A DNA stretch of 64,000 nt from Camelus dromedarius (lineage: Eukaryota). The DNA lies in contig NC_087437.1 in NCBI RefSeq assembly GCF_036321535.1, forward strand, positions 78,432,001 to 78,496,000. The letters run 5' to 3'. Positions 61,756 to 64,000 of the stretch are shown here, in pieces; position 1 is the first letter of the stretch; each line of letters begins with the position of its first letter. Made by a program: the position numbers and the translations under genes. The notes beneath the pieces are model-generated. The model saw only the letters and a list, made by a program, of their open reading frames with translations. It had not been told where the DNA came from and did not search any database.

Positions 61756-63639
61756 GCTACCTCATAGAAGGGAGCAGGAAGAGAAAGGGGAAGATCTGTG
61801 CCAGGAGGTTTCAGAAGAGTCTGCTGATAAGAACATACACGGGTAACTCTGGCTTAAATTCTATTTAAACTATTGACCCACAGTGCCTCTCCTATTTCTG
61901 CTCTTTATGTTCATTTTTGGTTTTTTTCTTTATTTAAATTGCTGTCAATAGTAAACTTCTATGTATAAAGGTACACTATGTATAAAGATTAACAAATGAA
62001 AGAACACAATCAAATCATCTCCTATATCTTTTAAAGTATGAGTATTTGAACTTTGTCCTCTCCTCCCACACCCTGCCAAAGGCTCTAGGTTTTAGATCTT
62101 CTATGATTTTTCTGGATGAAAGCCCACATTACTGAGGCTGTCTGCAGTTTAGCTTTCTCCCAGATGATGTTATGGTCCTGTCAGCTATGCTTGTCCATAT
62201 CCCTGAGTTTCTTCATGAGGATCATGTTGAAAAGCCCAACTCCTAGTGTAACCAACTTGGGGAATATCTGGATCCCCACTGGGTAAATGAAATGCTTTAG
62301 ACTGAAGAATGAATGATACTGGAAAAAAAGATTTTTGGACAAGCATACATTACATATCTTACATATACAGAAATATATGTATGTGAAAAAACATTTTTTT
62401 TTGTAATGCATACATATTCTCTCCCTCCTCACTGCCTCTCTATTCTACATCTAACATATTCAAGGAATAAAAGTTCAGGATGAAAGGATTTGATTTAATG
62501 TGCCTGATGGGAGGATGATACATTAACTTTATTCCCCTCTCCCCAGTAGGGAAAAAAGGATAAACCATTATTATGTAGAAAGTAGCTAAGAAAGCAGCTA
62601 GAGGCATTATGGCAGAGATTTTCCATCTTCTAAAATTAAATCCCTTTTCTTTCTTTTTTTTTTCTCTCCAGGCCTGTGCCAGATGACTCCTTAGGTCCCA
62701 TGAGTAAATTTTATACATCATCCTGTATAGTAGCCTCAAGATGAACAGAGACAGTCATTAGAAATCTTTAGCCCAAGGGGGTTTTGTTATTTACTTTTTA
62801 AGAAAAATTTGGGAGATATTTTTATCTAAGAACTGCTAATAGAATTTGACCCATGACTCTTATCAGGAACCTTCAAGGCATTTACTCCATAATAAAGACA
62901 AAGCAACTTCTTTGTCTTCAAAGACCCCCACTCCCAGCCACCAACATCACCTCGTGTACATTCCTTGATCCCACCCTGGCACACACCTCTTTCATCAATG
63001 GCATTTGTGTTGATTGCCTTTCAAAGCTCTAGGCTGCTTTGGGCTCCATGTGGAAGATATGTATTGACTGGTGACAAGAATGAATGCTAGGTTTGGGTTT
63101 GCTCCTGTCTTATGAATCAGTATAATTCCATTTATATTCATATATCCCTAGTTCTATGGCTATGGCGACATATATTCTAAGTGGATACATAGTGGATTCT
63201 CGGGGGGAAGAAAGAAAGAAAAAGTAAAAGAAGGAAGAACTCAGGAATTATCAGAGACAAGAAATCTTCCTCTTTCTCTGTTCTCTAGAAGAGTAACCAG
63301 GTATGTACTGATTTAGAGAGCCTTCAAAAAATATATTGTAGTGCTAATGGTCAAAGTTATCATAGATTTCCAATCAATATATGAAAGAAGAAACAGAATG
63401 ATTTAAACTTTCCCCTTATAGAAACACTGACATTTCTAGCTGAGTAGGCCAGCTGGCTGTTACACACTTGATCTGTATCCTCTCAGCATTTTCTTTGTGA
63501 CTTGTGAAGATTAAGTGACCTAACTCCACCTGCTGGATGACTAAGAATTACATTGCCTTGGCTTAGAAAAGCAGACTGGCATCATGAAGTGGACAGCAAC
63601 CTAAAAGCACAGAGTCTGACAAACTCTTAACTGTGCCCC

Positions 63640-63770
63640 TTTCTGGCCATGGGAACCACCTCTTAAGGAATGACTGAAGACTCTGGACTGCAGCTTCATC
63701 AGTAAAAGAAAAGGGGGCTTGAGCTGATGATCCCTAATGACCCTGTATTCCTAATTCTCTATGATTCTGA
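63640..63770 (+). mobile_element. MIR3-like SINE fragment
   Basis: CTTCATCAGTAAAAG..GATGATCCCTAATGACCC..TCTATGATTCT terminus. Confidence 0.55.
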
Positions 63771-63904
63771 TTTAATTTGAATTAAGGAATCTAGACCGTA
63801 GGCTCTCTATTCACATTGGCTACAGGGCTACACAGGGTACTATATTCTGATTTGCTTCATTGCTAAGGAGAACACTCACAAACTGCCACCATTTTTGTTA
63901 TCAC

Positions 63905-63985
63905 TCATCCTGGTTCTGCCACTTACCAGATGAGTGTTACTTCAGGAAAAACCTTGATCCCTTTAATCCTCATTTCCCTTAAAGA
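63905..63985 (+). mobile_element. MIR core fragment
   Basis: ATCCTGGTTCTGCCACTTACCAGATGAGTG..CCTCATTTCCCT. Confidence 0.65.
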
Positions 63986-64000
63986 CAAGCATAGATGACA

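Noticed and set aside
730..62000. Short tandem micro-duplications (near 737, 2842, 5824, 52054, 61476, 61959)
   Set aside because: Ordinary 10-17 bp slippage duplications with no shared motif or spacer structure. Not CRISPR-like.
1..64000. All ORFs in the supplied six-frame track as genes
   Set aside because: They are short, often start at non-ATG codons and have low-complexity or chance composition. Several are readings of microsatellites (4159, 16934, 18935, 57417) or of L1/MIR/LTR fossils (30476, 30592, 35224, 39454, 45510, 47997, 54001, 54148). None resembles a cellular protein I recognise.

Overview
This is AT-rich, CpG-depleted, non-coding DNA from a placental mammal (intron or gene desert). 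I recognise no protein-coding gene, rRNA, authentic tRNA or CRISPR array. The six-frame ORFs are short chance frames or antisense readings of repeats. A large part of the window is transposon fossil: ancient MIR, L2, L1M, hAT DNA transposons (MER5, MER33, Charlie1-like) and ERVL/MaLR LTRs (MLT1, MLT2, LTR16, LTR33-like, MER74), plus a decayed ERVL pol/dUTPase segment. Younger elements are cetartiodactyl-type L1 3' ends and one tRNA-Ala-derived SINE that resembles camelid Vic-1, so the source is probably a camel, llama or alpaca (inference). All repeat family names come from my recollection of consensus sequences, not from a database search, and old-repeat boundaries are approximate. The most interesting non-repeat signals are a near-consensus CTCF site (37038-37053), several enhancer-like motif clusters, a compact TATA + G-quadruplex + ATG + splice-donor cassette (60867-60973), a 12-nt microexon candidate (63289-63300), an odd direct-repeat-flanked insert with inverted A/T-rich ends (34406-34562) and several perfect short palindromes. 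I found no convincing evidence for a new biological system. The findings are candidates to test.
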